Source of the DNA: Pseudomonadota bacterium
GTDB lineage: Bacteria > Bdellovibrionota_B > Oligoflexia > Oligoflexales > CAIYRB01
NCBI GenBank assembly: GCA_043750715.1
Contig: JAYVBB010000175.1
Span: 1 to 37,488 of the forward strand
Direction of reading: 5' to 3'
Length of the DNA: 37,488 bases
Made by a program: the position numbers and the translations under genes. Below, one piece after another: positions 8,369-16,528 of this stretch. The notes beneath the pieces are model-generated. The model did not search any database and was not told where the DNA came from. It saw nothing but the letters and a program-made list of their open reading frames with translations. Each line of letters starts with the position of its first letter. The stretch's first letter is position 1.

Positions 8369-9849
8369 AGCGTCTCCTCGTAGCTGCAGCCGCCTTCCTG
8401 TCCGGGAGCGCCTATGCCGAAGTGCGGCCGCATCGCCTATTCGTCGAGCTGAAACCCGGCTCGACGCCGGTCTGTTCGACATTGGCTGAATCGCTGCGCT
8501 TTCACTTTCAGTCCCGGCAACGCATGGAGCTCTCGGACCTGTCCAAGGCCGACCACGTCATAAGCCTTGCCTGCGACGCCACGCTGGTCGACGCGACTTG
8601 GACGACGCGGATAGTGACAGCCGGGAAGAAGGAGAAGGAAGAGGTCGTCACGGCGTCCGTGCGCTTGGCCATCGCCGGCGACCCGACGAAAAGCCATCCC
8701 TCGCTGGCTCTGGCGCTGACACAGCAACTGCTCGACAAGATCCCCTGGGACGGCGAGATCAACGCCCTCATAAAACCGCGTAAGATCGAAGGCAAGTCGG
8801 AGCTCATGGGACCGCCCGCCAAAGGCATCCACACGATGGCCAACGCGGCCGCGGGCTACATTCAGAGCGTCGCCGCGACCAACTGTTCGCCCTTCGAAGT
8901 GGCCTTGATCCGCAAAGGCTCCGAAGGGGCCGAACTCGAAGTGATCGGCGAGGGCGCCTTCACTTCGGTCGGCACCTTCGCTTCGCCGTCGGAAGTCTAC
9001 CTCGACCGCAAGGTCCCGCCGGGCACTCGGCCGGTTTTCCGGTTGATCCTCGTCGCCGACGCCCGCCGCGAAGTCCGCAAGCTCGTCGCGCGCTGCAAGA
9101 AGACGATCGGTGAAGGCGAAGGCGAAAGCCTGTCCCGCCTCGTCGCGGGCGATCTCGGCAAGGCCCTTTCCAAGGAGACGATCGAGATCAACATGGTCCA
9201 GCAAAGGGCCGGTCTCTTCGCCGCGCAATACTCGTCGAAGAACGGCGTCAAGATGCCGTTCGGCGCCGTGGCCTTCGCCCAAAGCCGCGCCGACATCGGC
9301 GACTTCCTTGCCGTCGACGGCCGCATCGCGCGAAGCGTCTCTTCCCGGCCGTATGCGCCGACCCTCGGAGAGTCGGCGGTCAACCCCGAGATCACGTTCG
9401 GCGAAGGCTTCGCGATGGCCCGTTTCTCCCTCGACGATGTGACCATTACCGTGGGGCCGGGCCTCATTCTGGAGAAGGTCAACTCGCCTTTCTACGAGGC
9501 CAATGAAGAACGCACGACGACGGACGCTGACGGCAACACGGCTCCGAAAAAACCCCAACAGCGCTCGTCCAACGCGCGCGGGGCCTTCGCCCTCGGAGTG
9601 CGCACCGAGATCGACGGCTGGATCCTCGACGCGCAGACGGCCTTTTCCCTGGGCAAGGGAAACAACCACCTGACGTTCGAGTCCGGCCTGAACTACCGCC
9701 TGACCGACACCTGGTTCGCGGGCGGCAACCTGTTCGTCCTTGGCCTCGGAGCGGATCGCAAAGGCGCCCCCGGGGGTCGGCTCGTAGCCGTTGGCGGCAA
9801 CATCGGCTTTCTGCTCAAGCGCACGAAAAAGGAAGGGCCCCACCGTTGA
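8365..9849 (+). CDS. secreted protein, C-terminal half beta-barrel-like (candidate outer-membrane component)
   Basis: Its ATG overlaps the phosphatase stop (ATGA), with a GGAGGA RBS. Signal peptide MKRLLVAAAAFLSGSAYAE. The C-terminal ~200 aa has alternating-hydrophobic strands (GAFALGVRTEIDGWILDAQTAFSLG...LNYRLTDTWFAGGNLFVLGLG). No terminal aromatic residue. Confidence 0.7.
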   Translation: MKRLLVAAAAFLSGSAYAEVRPHRLFVELKPGSTPVCSTLAESLRFHFQSRQRMELSDLSKADHVISLACDATLVDATWTTRIVTAGKKEKEEVVTASVRLAIAGDPTKSHPSLALALTQQLLDKIPWDGEINALIKPRKIEGKSELMGPPAKGIHTMANAAAGYIQSVAATNCSPFEVALIRKGSEGAELEVIGEGAFTSVGTFASPSEVYLDRKVPPGTRPVFRLILVADARREVRKLVARCKKTIGEGEGESLSRLVAGDLGKALSKETIEINMVQQRAGLFAAQYSSKNGVKMPFGAVAFAQSRADIGDFLAVDGRIARSVSSRPYAPTLGESAVNPEITFGEGFAMARFSLDDVTITVGPGLILEKVNSPFYEANEERTTTDADGNTAPKKPQQRSSNARGAFALGVRTEIDGWILDAQTAFSLGKGNNHLTFESGLNYRLTDTWFAGGNLFVLGLGADRKGAPGGRLVAVGGNIGFLLKRTKKEGPHR

Positions 9850-10184
9850 AATGCGCTGCCCTTCTCATTTCGGTGATCTGGCACGCATCTCTGGCAGGGG
9901 CCGATCCTCTGAATGATCCGGAGCGGCGTTTGGATAAATACGCCCATTTTGGCATCTCGACGACGATCACCGCGGCGTTCGAGACGATCATCAAAGGATT
10001 CCACCGCGACCACCGCGTTTCCGACGAGAACCGGTCGGTCTCGAGTACTCTGGCCCTCTCCATCGGCGCCATCAAGGAATACCGCGACTTCAGCGCTGGC
10101 GCCACGCGCGAAGAGTGTCGCCGGGACCTCATAGCAGACGCCTTGGGCGTAGCTTTCGGCAATCTGCTTCACTGGGAGTTTTGA
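9846..10184 (+). CDS. small YfiM/DUF2279-like envelope protein
   Basis: TTG start overlaps the upstream stop (TTGA). Hydrophobic N-terminus. DKYAHF ... IKEYRD ... RRDLIADALGVAFG resembles the DKxxHF / KExxD / DxxAxxxG pattern of the YfiM family as I remember it. Confidence 0.5.
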   Translation: MKCAALLISVIWHASLAGADPLNDPERRLDKYAHFGISTTITAAFETIIKGFHRDHRVSDENRSVSSTLALSIGAIKEYRDFSAGATREECRRDLIADALGVAFGNLLHWEF

Positions 10185-10188
10185 CGTT

Positions 10189-10896
10189 TTGTCAGCCGTG
10201 AAACCGAGCAAAATCTATTCCGTCACCGAAGTCGTCGGCGAATCTCCGCACGCGCTTCTGCCGGAATTGATGGCTCTGTTGCAGAGGCCCGATCACGTTT
10301 CCCAGGTCTATTGGTTCGCCCGTCGCTGCTTCGACGTCAGCCTGGCACTGCTGGTTCTGATCGTCGGCATGCCCGCGCTGATTACGATTGTCGTGGCGAT
10401 CAAGCTGGAATCCAAAGGACCGGTCTTCTTCAAACAGAGCCGTGTCGGTCAGCACCTGCGCATCTTCGGGATCTTCAAGTTCCGCACCATGTTCCAGGGG
10501 GTCGACTCGGAACCGGTGGCGTTGTTCGATGCCGAATCCCAGACGTTCCGCCGGCCGCGGTTCAGTGAAGACCCGCGCGTCACGAAAATGGGTCGGATGC
10601 TCCGCCGCTTCAGCTTCGACGAGCTGCCCCAGGTATTGAACATCCTGTCGGGAGACATGAGCTTCATCGGCCCGCGGCCACTGACCATCACCGAATCTCT
10701 TGCAGTACCGAAGTCAGCATTGTGCCGCTATTCGGTTCCCGCCGGCATCACGGGCCTCGCGCAAATTCGTGATCGTCACTCGCTCTTCACTTACAACCGC
10801 TTCGACTCCGACATCGAATACACGAAAACGGTGTCGCTGCGCGTCGACTTCCACGTCTTTTGCCGGACGTTCCGGCGAATGCACGACTTGGGCTGA
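10189..10896 (+). CDS. undecaprenyl-phosphate sugar-phosphate transferase (small monotopic 'bacterial sugar transferase' PGT), locus A
   Basis: Motifs: KGPVFFKQSRVG, FKFRTM, DPRVTKMGRMLRRFSFDELPQVLNILSGDMSFIGPRP (Asp-Glu dyad), GITGLAQI. The start is uncertain: TTG 10189, GTG 10198 or ATG 10270. Confidence 0.9.
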   Translation: MSAVKPSKIYSVTEVVGESPHALLPELMALLQRPDHVSQVYWFARRCFDVSLALLVLIVGMPALITIVVAIKLESKGPVFFKQSRVGQHLRIFGIFKFRTMFQGVDSEPVALFDAESQTFRRPRFSEDPRVTKMGRMLRRFSFDELPQVLNILSGDMSFIGPRPLTITESLAVPKSALCRYSVPAGITGLAQIRDRHSLFTYNRFDSDIEYTKTVSLRVDFHVFCRTFRRMHDLG

Positions 10897-11004
10897 GAGC
10901 GGCCATGAGGTGGGACGGCGCGGCCTCCCGGCGCAGTGGCTAGCTCATTCGGACTTTTTTGTGCACTTGCCAAAATGAGGCGTCGCCGGCGCGCCGGGCC
11001 CTCA

Positions 11005-11019
11005 ATTTCCTCAGGAAAT
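11005..11019. promoter_or_regulatory. inverted repeat ATTTCC-TCA-GGAAAT upstream of PCP gene
   Basis: Perfect 6-bp arms with a 3-nt spacer, about 50 nt upstream of the ATG at 11070 in the 174-nt gap after the sugar transferase gene. Confidence 0.2.
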
Positions 11020-11069
11020 GTGCCGACTAATAGGTGCGAGTCCGCGCCGGGCGGTCACGAGAAGGCACG

Positions 11070-13322
11070 ATGACGAAATCGAACACATCGTTTGAAGACA
11101 TCTACGATCGACTTTACCGCTTCCGCGCCCTAATCGCGGTTGCGATGGTAATTGGTTCGACGGTTGCGTTCTTTCTCGCCTATACCGTCAACAAATACTC
11201 GGCAACGGCGACCCTGCTGGTCCAAAAAGCCGAGACCAACCTGCTGCAAGGCCTGACTGCGGACGCCAACCGCAGGATGTCGTTCGGCGGCATAAACGGC
11301 CGCGACGTCTACGTCGAAAAGTTTCTCGTTTATCTAAACTCGAAGAGCTTTTACAACGCCGCCTTCGAAGAGATTTCCGTCCTGCCCGAGTATAAGTGGA
11401 TTCGCCGCACGCTGGTTCAGACTCGTCTCCAGGGATTCAAGGAACGCCTGCAAGGCTACGGTTTCCCGGTCCACGTCCGCATCGACGACAGCGCCGGACC
11501 GAACTTGGCCCGTGTGCTGCAAGGCACCGTGCGAATCAACCGCGGCGACCGCAATACGCTGAGTGTAACTGCCACCACCGGCAACCGCGATGTTTCGGTC
11601 TTGCTAGCCAACCTGATTGCCGACATCGCCATCAAGCACACCATCGAGCGCGAGCTCAAGGAATCCGACGAAGCCCGTGCCTACATTCTGACGAAGATCA
11701 ACGATATCGGGGGCAGGCTGGACGAAATTCGCTCGGGAATAACTGCTTTGGCCAAGGGCACGTCCACCGGGTCGCTTTTCGACAACCCGTTGCGCGTTTC
11801 GAACAGCGACCGGCTGCAGGCCGACATCCAGGCCTCCGCCCTGCGGCTCAGCGCCAACAAAAAGGCGATATCCCGGCTCGTCGGTGCCGTGAAAAACCGT
11901 AGCGCCAACCTCGCCGGCTCCGCCAATACCAACGGAGAAGAGCTGGTCGGATCGCTCATGCGCCAGATCGAATCGCTGCAATCGCGTCGAAGCTCCCTGG
12001 TCGCTCAAGGCACCAGCGTCGACTCGGCGCTGATTCGTGAGCTCGACGAGGAGTTAAAAGCCACGAAAACCCGCCTGAAGACGATGCAAGACGAACCGAC
12101 GGACGATGCGGATGGCACCGGCATCGACCCCGCGGAACTACTGCGCGAGCTGCAAATCGAAAACGTCAAGCTCGGCGACTACTTGGGCTCGGCCAAGGAG
12201 ATGTACAAAACACTCGTCGCCAAAGACGCCAACGTCCCCGAAAATCAGCAGCGCCAGATGAGCATGATGAAGCGCGCCGATATCGAGCACGCGCTGCTCG
12301 CCGAGTTGACGAAGCAGCTATTCCAGTTGGACGTGCAAAAGATTTCTTTGAAAAACAAGATCGCCGTGCTCGAGTCCTCTGACCCGGACGGCGTCCTCCG
12401 CACCCCGAGCGTGGACTCCTCCGTCTTCTCCGGCGCGCTGCTCGGCGCCTTGGCGGCCGTCGCCTTCGCCCTATTCCTCGAGCACCGCGACCCGACGGCG
12501 TTCACCGTTCGGGACCTGCAGTTCTTCCAATTTCAGCACTTGGGCTCCATCCCGCGCCTCGGTCTTCGCAATCCTAAAAAGCGCGGCAACAGCCTCGGAG
12601 GGCAGTTCGGCTCGACTGCCTTCCATAGTCCTATGCAGTTCGGCGCCTATTCGATGATCATAAAGTACGTCCGCACTCGCCTGATCCGGATCGCCAAAGA
12701 CACCGGCTCCGGAGCCCGGGTCATCTCGATCCACAGCGCGGTTGCTGGCGAAGGCAAGACGATGGTCGCTTACGGAATCGCCCAATCCCTGGCGTCCCTC
12801 GGTCGTCGCGTCCTCTTCGTCGACGCCGACGTGCTGGGATCCCGGATGCGCGAACTGTTCGCAACCGAGAACTCGGGGGGCCTGGTCGCTGTTTTGAGCG
12901 GCCAATCGACCCTCAAAGAGGCGCTGGTTTTGAACGCCACGCCGAACCTCGACCTGCTCCCTCCTGGGGCGCGCGTCCTCGACTCGACGGAGCTGCTGAC
13001 CAACGGTCAATTCGAAGTCATCATTGCCGCCGCACGGAGCCAATACGACTTCGTCGTGGTCGACACTCCGCCGGTGAACCTAGTTCCGGACGCGACTTTG
13101 ATTGCGGCCGCCGCCGACATCGTGACCTTCGTGGTCTCCTGCTCCCGCACTAAAATTCGGGAAGTGGACGAAGCCGTGAATAACTTGACTCAAGCGACGG
13201 ATCGCCCCCTTTACCTGATACTCAACCGGGTCCGCCGGGCGGCCCGGAAGGGCGGTGCCTACAACTACGCATACAATCCCAACGTGAAACCGGCGGAGCT
13301 GCCGAAGATCCGCGCCAGTTGA
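11070..13322 (+). CDS. polysaccharide co-polymerase (Wzz/GumC-type) fused to BY-tyrosine autokinase (PCP-2a, Wzc-like), locus A
   Basis: ATG at 11070 with a GAGAAGG RBS. N-terminal TM, long coiled periplasmic region, second TM (ALLGALAAVAFALFL). Walker A AVAGEGKTMV, Walker A' VLFVDADV, Walker B DFVVVDTPPV. C-terminal tyrosine cluster GGAYNYAYN. Confidence 0.9.
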   Translation: MTKSNTSFEDIYDRLYRFRALIAVAMVIGSTVAFFLAYTVNKYSATATLLVQKAETNLLQGLTADANRRMSFGGINGRDVYVEKFLVYLNSKSFYNAAFEEISVLPEYKWIRRTLVQTRLQGFKERLQGYGFPVHVRIDDSAGPNLARVLQGTVRINRGDRNTLSVTATTGNRDVSVLLANLIADIAIKHTIERELKESDEARAYILTKINDIGGRLDEIRSGITALAKGTSTGSLFDNPLRVSNSDRLQADIQASALRLSANKKAISRLVGAVKNRSANLAGSANTNGEELVGSLMRQIESLQSRRSSLVAQGTSVDSALIRELDEELKATKTRLKTMQDEPTDDADGTGIDPAELLRELQIENVKLGDYLGSAKEMYKTLVAKDANVPENQQRQMSMMKRADIEHALLAELTKQLFQLDVQKISLKNKIAVLESSDPDGVLRTPSVDSSVFSGALLGALAAVAFALFLEHRDPTAFTVRDLQFFQFQHLGSIPRLGLRNPKKRGNSLGGQFGSTAFHSPMQFGAYSMIIKYVRTRLIRIAKDTGSGARVISIHSAVAGEGKTMVAYGIAQSLASLGRRVLFVDADVLGSRMRELFATENSGGLVAVLSGQSTLKEALVLNATPNLDLLPPGARVLDSTELLTNGQFEVIIAAARSQYDFVVVDTPPVNLVPDATLIAAAADIVTFVVSCSRTKIREVDEAVNNLTQATDRPLYLILNRVRRAARKGGAYNYAYNPNVKPAELPKIRAS

Positions 13323-13352
13323 CGACGACAACCTTCTGACCGGAAACGAATC

Positions 13353-13880
13353 ATGTACCGATCCCTACTTATCATCTACCTGGTCGCAACGGTCGCGCTA
13401 CCCGCGCGGGCCGAGCCGCTCATCGCGGAACGTCCCCGCCTCGAAGGTTCGCCCGGCTTCGGCCGGAAGGAAATCGGCAACGTCGCGCAGGAATTCTACT
13501 CGCCGGGCTATGCGGGAGAGCTGCTGATCCCCGTCAAGGTCATCGGCGCCGTGAAAGCAGCCGGCATCTACCACATTCCCAAAAAAACAGACCTCGCCAC
13601 GCTGCTCGCCATGGCAGGCGGTATGACGGGCGCCGCAAGCAACAGCGTACTGATCAAACGTCGCGCGCTCGCGAAGGAAACGGTAACCGTCGTCGACCTC
13701 ATGCACGCCATCGAGACGCCGGACGTCGCACTGCCGTTTCTGGAGACGGACGACATCGTCGTCGTACAAACCAAAGAGCCGATCGTTTCCCCGGACACTT
13801 TGACGATGATGGGACTCGTCGCGTCGGTCCTCAGCCTGATACTTTCCAGCATCATCATCTCGCAAGCCACCCGGAAGTAG
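13353..13880 (+). CDS. SLBB-domain polysaccharide export protein, truncated 'mini-OPX' (signal peptide + one SLBB + C-terminal helix), locus A
   Basis: Signal peptide ends ARA-EP. SLBB segment IPVKVIGAVKAAGIYHIPKKTDLATLLAMAGGMTG...VLIKRR followed by LETDDIVVV. C-terminal hydrophobic helix MMGLVASVLSLILSSIIISQATRK. Paralogue at 28990..29472. Confidence 0.8.
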   Translation: MYRSLLIIYLVATVALPARAEPLIAERPRLEGSPGFGRKEIGNVAQEFYSPGYAGELLIPVKVIGAVKAAGIYHIPKKTDLATLLAMAGGMTGAASNSVLIKRRALAKETVTVVDLMHAIETPDVALPFLETDDIVVVQTKEPIVSPDTLTMMGLVASVLSLILSSIIISQATRK

Positions 13881-13886
13881 TGGTCG

Positions 13887-15422
13887 ATGGTCAAAGCGGA
13901 CAACGTCAACAACAACCTCATAGCGCTGATCAGCGCCGCGCTCTTCGGAATGGAGCTGTGGACCGGCACGGACCCTTTCTTCGCGTTTCTCATGGCGATG
14001 TGCGTCCTCTTCTTTTTTCTCTCCTTCAACCGCCTGGGCGGCCTGACGACACCTGTCGGAGGGGCCTTCACCGTCTTGGGCGCATCGACGGTACTCATCT
14101 CGCAAGTGGCTAAAATCGTGCTTTCGCAACCTGCGGATTCCTATTTGAAGGCTCCGCTGCCCACGGCGCTGGTGATGACTTTCGGCATGGCCTCGGTCTA
14201 CGTCGCGACTCACGTGAGGGACATCCTGCCGTCCATCACGCCAGCGGTTCGGGTGATCACGAATCCAAGCCAGTATCGGGCCATTTCTCTTCTGACCATC
14301 TCGACGCTCGTCCTCTTCTCGATTGCCGACGCTGTCATCCCGACGTTCCGGTTGATGCCCGGAGTCCTGGGATTCGTGGCTCTGATGCCCTATCTGTCAG
14401 GGCTCGCCTTGTGTACCGAAGTCGCCTACGCGATCAAGACCTCGGGCGGCCGGAAGTCCACCACTTTTCTGTTTTATCCGATCGTACTGTACATTTGGAT
14501 TCCGGCCTTTTACGGACTGTGGAAGTCCGGCATGTTTTTTCCGGTGATGATCTACCTCGTGACCATCTTCAGCTTCCGGTATCGCTTCCGGCCCGCCAAC
14601 TACGCGGCAGGCGTCGCCGTTTTGGGCCTGCTGTTTCTGATCGGCCTGCCTCTGTCCAAGCTGGGTCATAATTATATCGCGGACAAATACGAAGGCGACA
14701 TGATCGGCTCCCTGACCGAGTTCGCCGAAGACCTAGGAGAAAGCGGCGGCATCATGACGCTCCTCGATTCCCGGGTCGACGACTGGCTCGCCCCGTCAGA
14801 CGATAATGCATTCGGTCAATACTATGGCTCGGACATGGGATTCCTCGATCGTCAATCCCTCATCGCGGCAGCCGACTGGCTGATTGCCGACAGCCTCCCC
14901 CGTCAAACCGAAGGCCTCGAGCGGTTCTTTGGTCGGGTGACTCTGTTACCCAAAGCTCTGACTGGCGACGCCGTGACGGACGGCAGCAACAACTATCTGG
15001 CGGTACGCGCCGGTATTCTGGACGAGAACGACCTCGTCACGGGCATTGCTTTCGGCATCTTCGCCGACCTCTTCGCGCACTTCAATTTTTTGGGCTTGCT
15101 CTTATCCGCACCTTTGCTTTTTCTGGCTTTTTTCCTCGCGACGGATCTGGTGGCGCGCACGATGACCAACAATCTCTGGGGCATCATGATGTTTGCGGTC
15201 TCAGAACACACCCTGGCCGAAAGCAATGGCGCGGGAGTTATATTTCACATCGTGCGGACCGTCCCTTTTTTCATTGCCGTCTTCTACGTCATGGAGACTA
15301 CCTCCGGACTCTTGGTCGACTTCTTCCAGGACAGGCGATCCTCGCACGCGTCCTTGACGCTTCTACCGGTCGTCGCCAGGGGCGAGTTCGAAGGCATCCG
15401 AAGATCGGCTCGTGACCGGTGA
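13887..15422 (+). CDS. polytopic membrane protein, candidate Wzy-type polymerase of unrecognised family
   Basis: 511 aa. About 8 N-terminal TM segments, a ~110-aa hydrophilic loop (NYIADKYEGDM...GILDENDL), then about 3 more TM segments. Sits between the export and GT genes, 6 nt after the SLBB gene, and its stop overlaps the next start (GTGA). Confidence 0.65.
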   Translation: MVKADNVNNNLIALISAALFGMELWTGTDPFFAFLMAMCVLFFFLSFNRLGGLTTPVGGAFTVLGASTVLISQVAKIVLSQPADSYLKAPLPTALVMTFGMASVYVATHVRDILPSITPAVRVITNPSQYRAISLLTISTLVLFSIADAVIPTFRLMPGVLGFVALMPYLSGLALCTEVAYAIKTSGGRKSTTFLFYPIVLYIWIPAFYGLWKSGMFFPVMIYLVTIFSFRYRFRPANYAAGVAVLGLLFLIGLPLSKLGHNYIADKYEGDMIGSLTEFAEDLGESGGIMTLLDSRVDDWLAPSDDNAFGQYYGSDMGFLDRQSLIAAADWLIADSLPRQTEGLERFFGRVTLLPKALTGDAVTDGSNNYLAVRAGILDENDLVTGIAFGIFADLFAHFNFLGLLLSAPLLFLAFFLATDLVARTMTNNLWGIMMFAVSEHTLAESNGAGVIFHIVRTVPFFIAVFYVMETTSGLLVDFFQDRRSSHASLTLLPVVARGEFEGIRRSARDR

Positions 15423-16528
15423 AGAAAATCGTCTACTTCTGCGATTGGCTACCCCCGGACTTCGGGGCCGTCGGACAGTACAGCCTGCAATTCGCGCGGC
15501 AGCACGCGGCCAACGGCAATGAAGTTACGCTATTTGGGCTGTCTTCCACGGACGATTCCGTCACCTGGGAGACGATGGGGACGACGAATCTCGGCATCTT
15601 CCGCGTCCACTCCCGGATTTACGAACGTGCCGCTTTGAGCCGGCGCTTGCTGTGGACCGCGACGACCAACTGGCGTCTGCTTCGTCGGGCCTGGTCGTAT
15701 CTGCGGGCGGCCGATACCGTGATTTTCACCGGCAGCCCCCCCTTCCTCGTGCACTTTCTGGCTCCCTTGAATTGGTTCCTGCGCAAGGCGCTGGTTTACC
15801 GGATGACCGACTTCTATCCCGAATGCATCATCGCGGCGAAGCCGACGCTTCGCCCGTGGCTCTACCCCCTGCTGAGTCTCACCAATTTCTGGCGACGTCG
15901 GGTAGGCACCCTGGAAGTCATCGGTGACGACCAAAAAGAGCGGCTTCTCGGTTACGGCATTCCGAGCGAACGGATCGCCGTCGTGCGGGACCTGTCGCCC
16001 GTCGCGTTCAGCGGAAGCGAACCAAAGATCGGACGGCCTCGCACGGCTTCCCCGGGACCACTGCTGCTTTACTCCGGAAACCTCGGCGTTGCTCACGACT
16101 GGCAAACGTTCGCGGACGCCTACGTGTCACATCAAGCCGGCGGCAAGCCTTCGGTCAACCTCTGGTTGAATGCGACCGGATCCGGCGCCGATCTCCTGGA
16201 GCAAAGTCTCAAGTCGCGTGGGGCCCCCCTGCACCGAAGCGGCTTGGTCCCGCTAGCGGAACTTTCCAGCCTTCTCGTGAGCGTGGACGCTCACCTGATC
16301 ACGCTGAAAGACGAGTTCGTCGGGTACGTCCTGCCGTCCAAGGTTTACGCGTGCATCGATTCGAAGCGTCCGATTTTGTACATTGGCAGCAAAAAATCCG
16401 ACGTCTATCGGCTTTGCCTTCGGGGCCTCGCCGCCGACCGCTTCTTCCACGCCGAGGTCGGCGATCACCGTCGGGTCGCCGAGCATCTCGAGTCGCTTCG
16501 CAAGCTCTATCCTACGTCGTCTACGTAG
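15419..16528 (+). CDS. GT-B glycosyltransferase, family 4 (WcaI-like)
   Basis: N-terminus MKKIVYFCDWLPPDFGAVGQYSLQFA. C-terminal VLPSKVYACIDSKRPILYIG is typical of WcaI-like GT4 enzymes. The GTG start overlaps the upstream stop. Confidence 0.85.
   Translation: MKKIVYFCDWLPPDFGAVGQYSLQFARQHAANGNEVTLFGLSSTDDSVTWETMGTTNLGIFRVHSRIYERAALSRRLLWTATTNWRLLRRAWSYLRAADTVIFTGSPPFLVHFLAPLNWFLRKALVYRMTDFYPECIIAAKPTLRPWLYPLLSLTNFWRRRVGTLEVIGDDQKERLLGYGIPSERIAVVRDLSPVAFSGSEPKIGRPRTASPGPLLLYSGNLGVAHDWQTFADAYVSHQAGGKPSVNLWLNATGSGADLLEQSLKSRGAPLHRSGLVPLAELSSLLVSVDAHLITLKDEFVGYVLPSKVYACIDSKRPILYIGSKKSDVYRLCLRGLAADRFFHAEVGDHRRVAEHLESLRKLYPTSST

Noticed and set aside
8437-9843. 468-aa ORF antisense to the 8365..9849 gene
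   Set aside because: Arg/Gly/Ala/Asp-rich composition typical of an open antisense frame in GC-rich DNA. The sense ORF has an RBS, a signal peptide and stop/start coupling to both neighbours.
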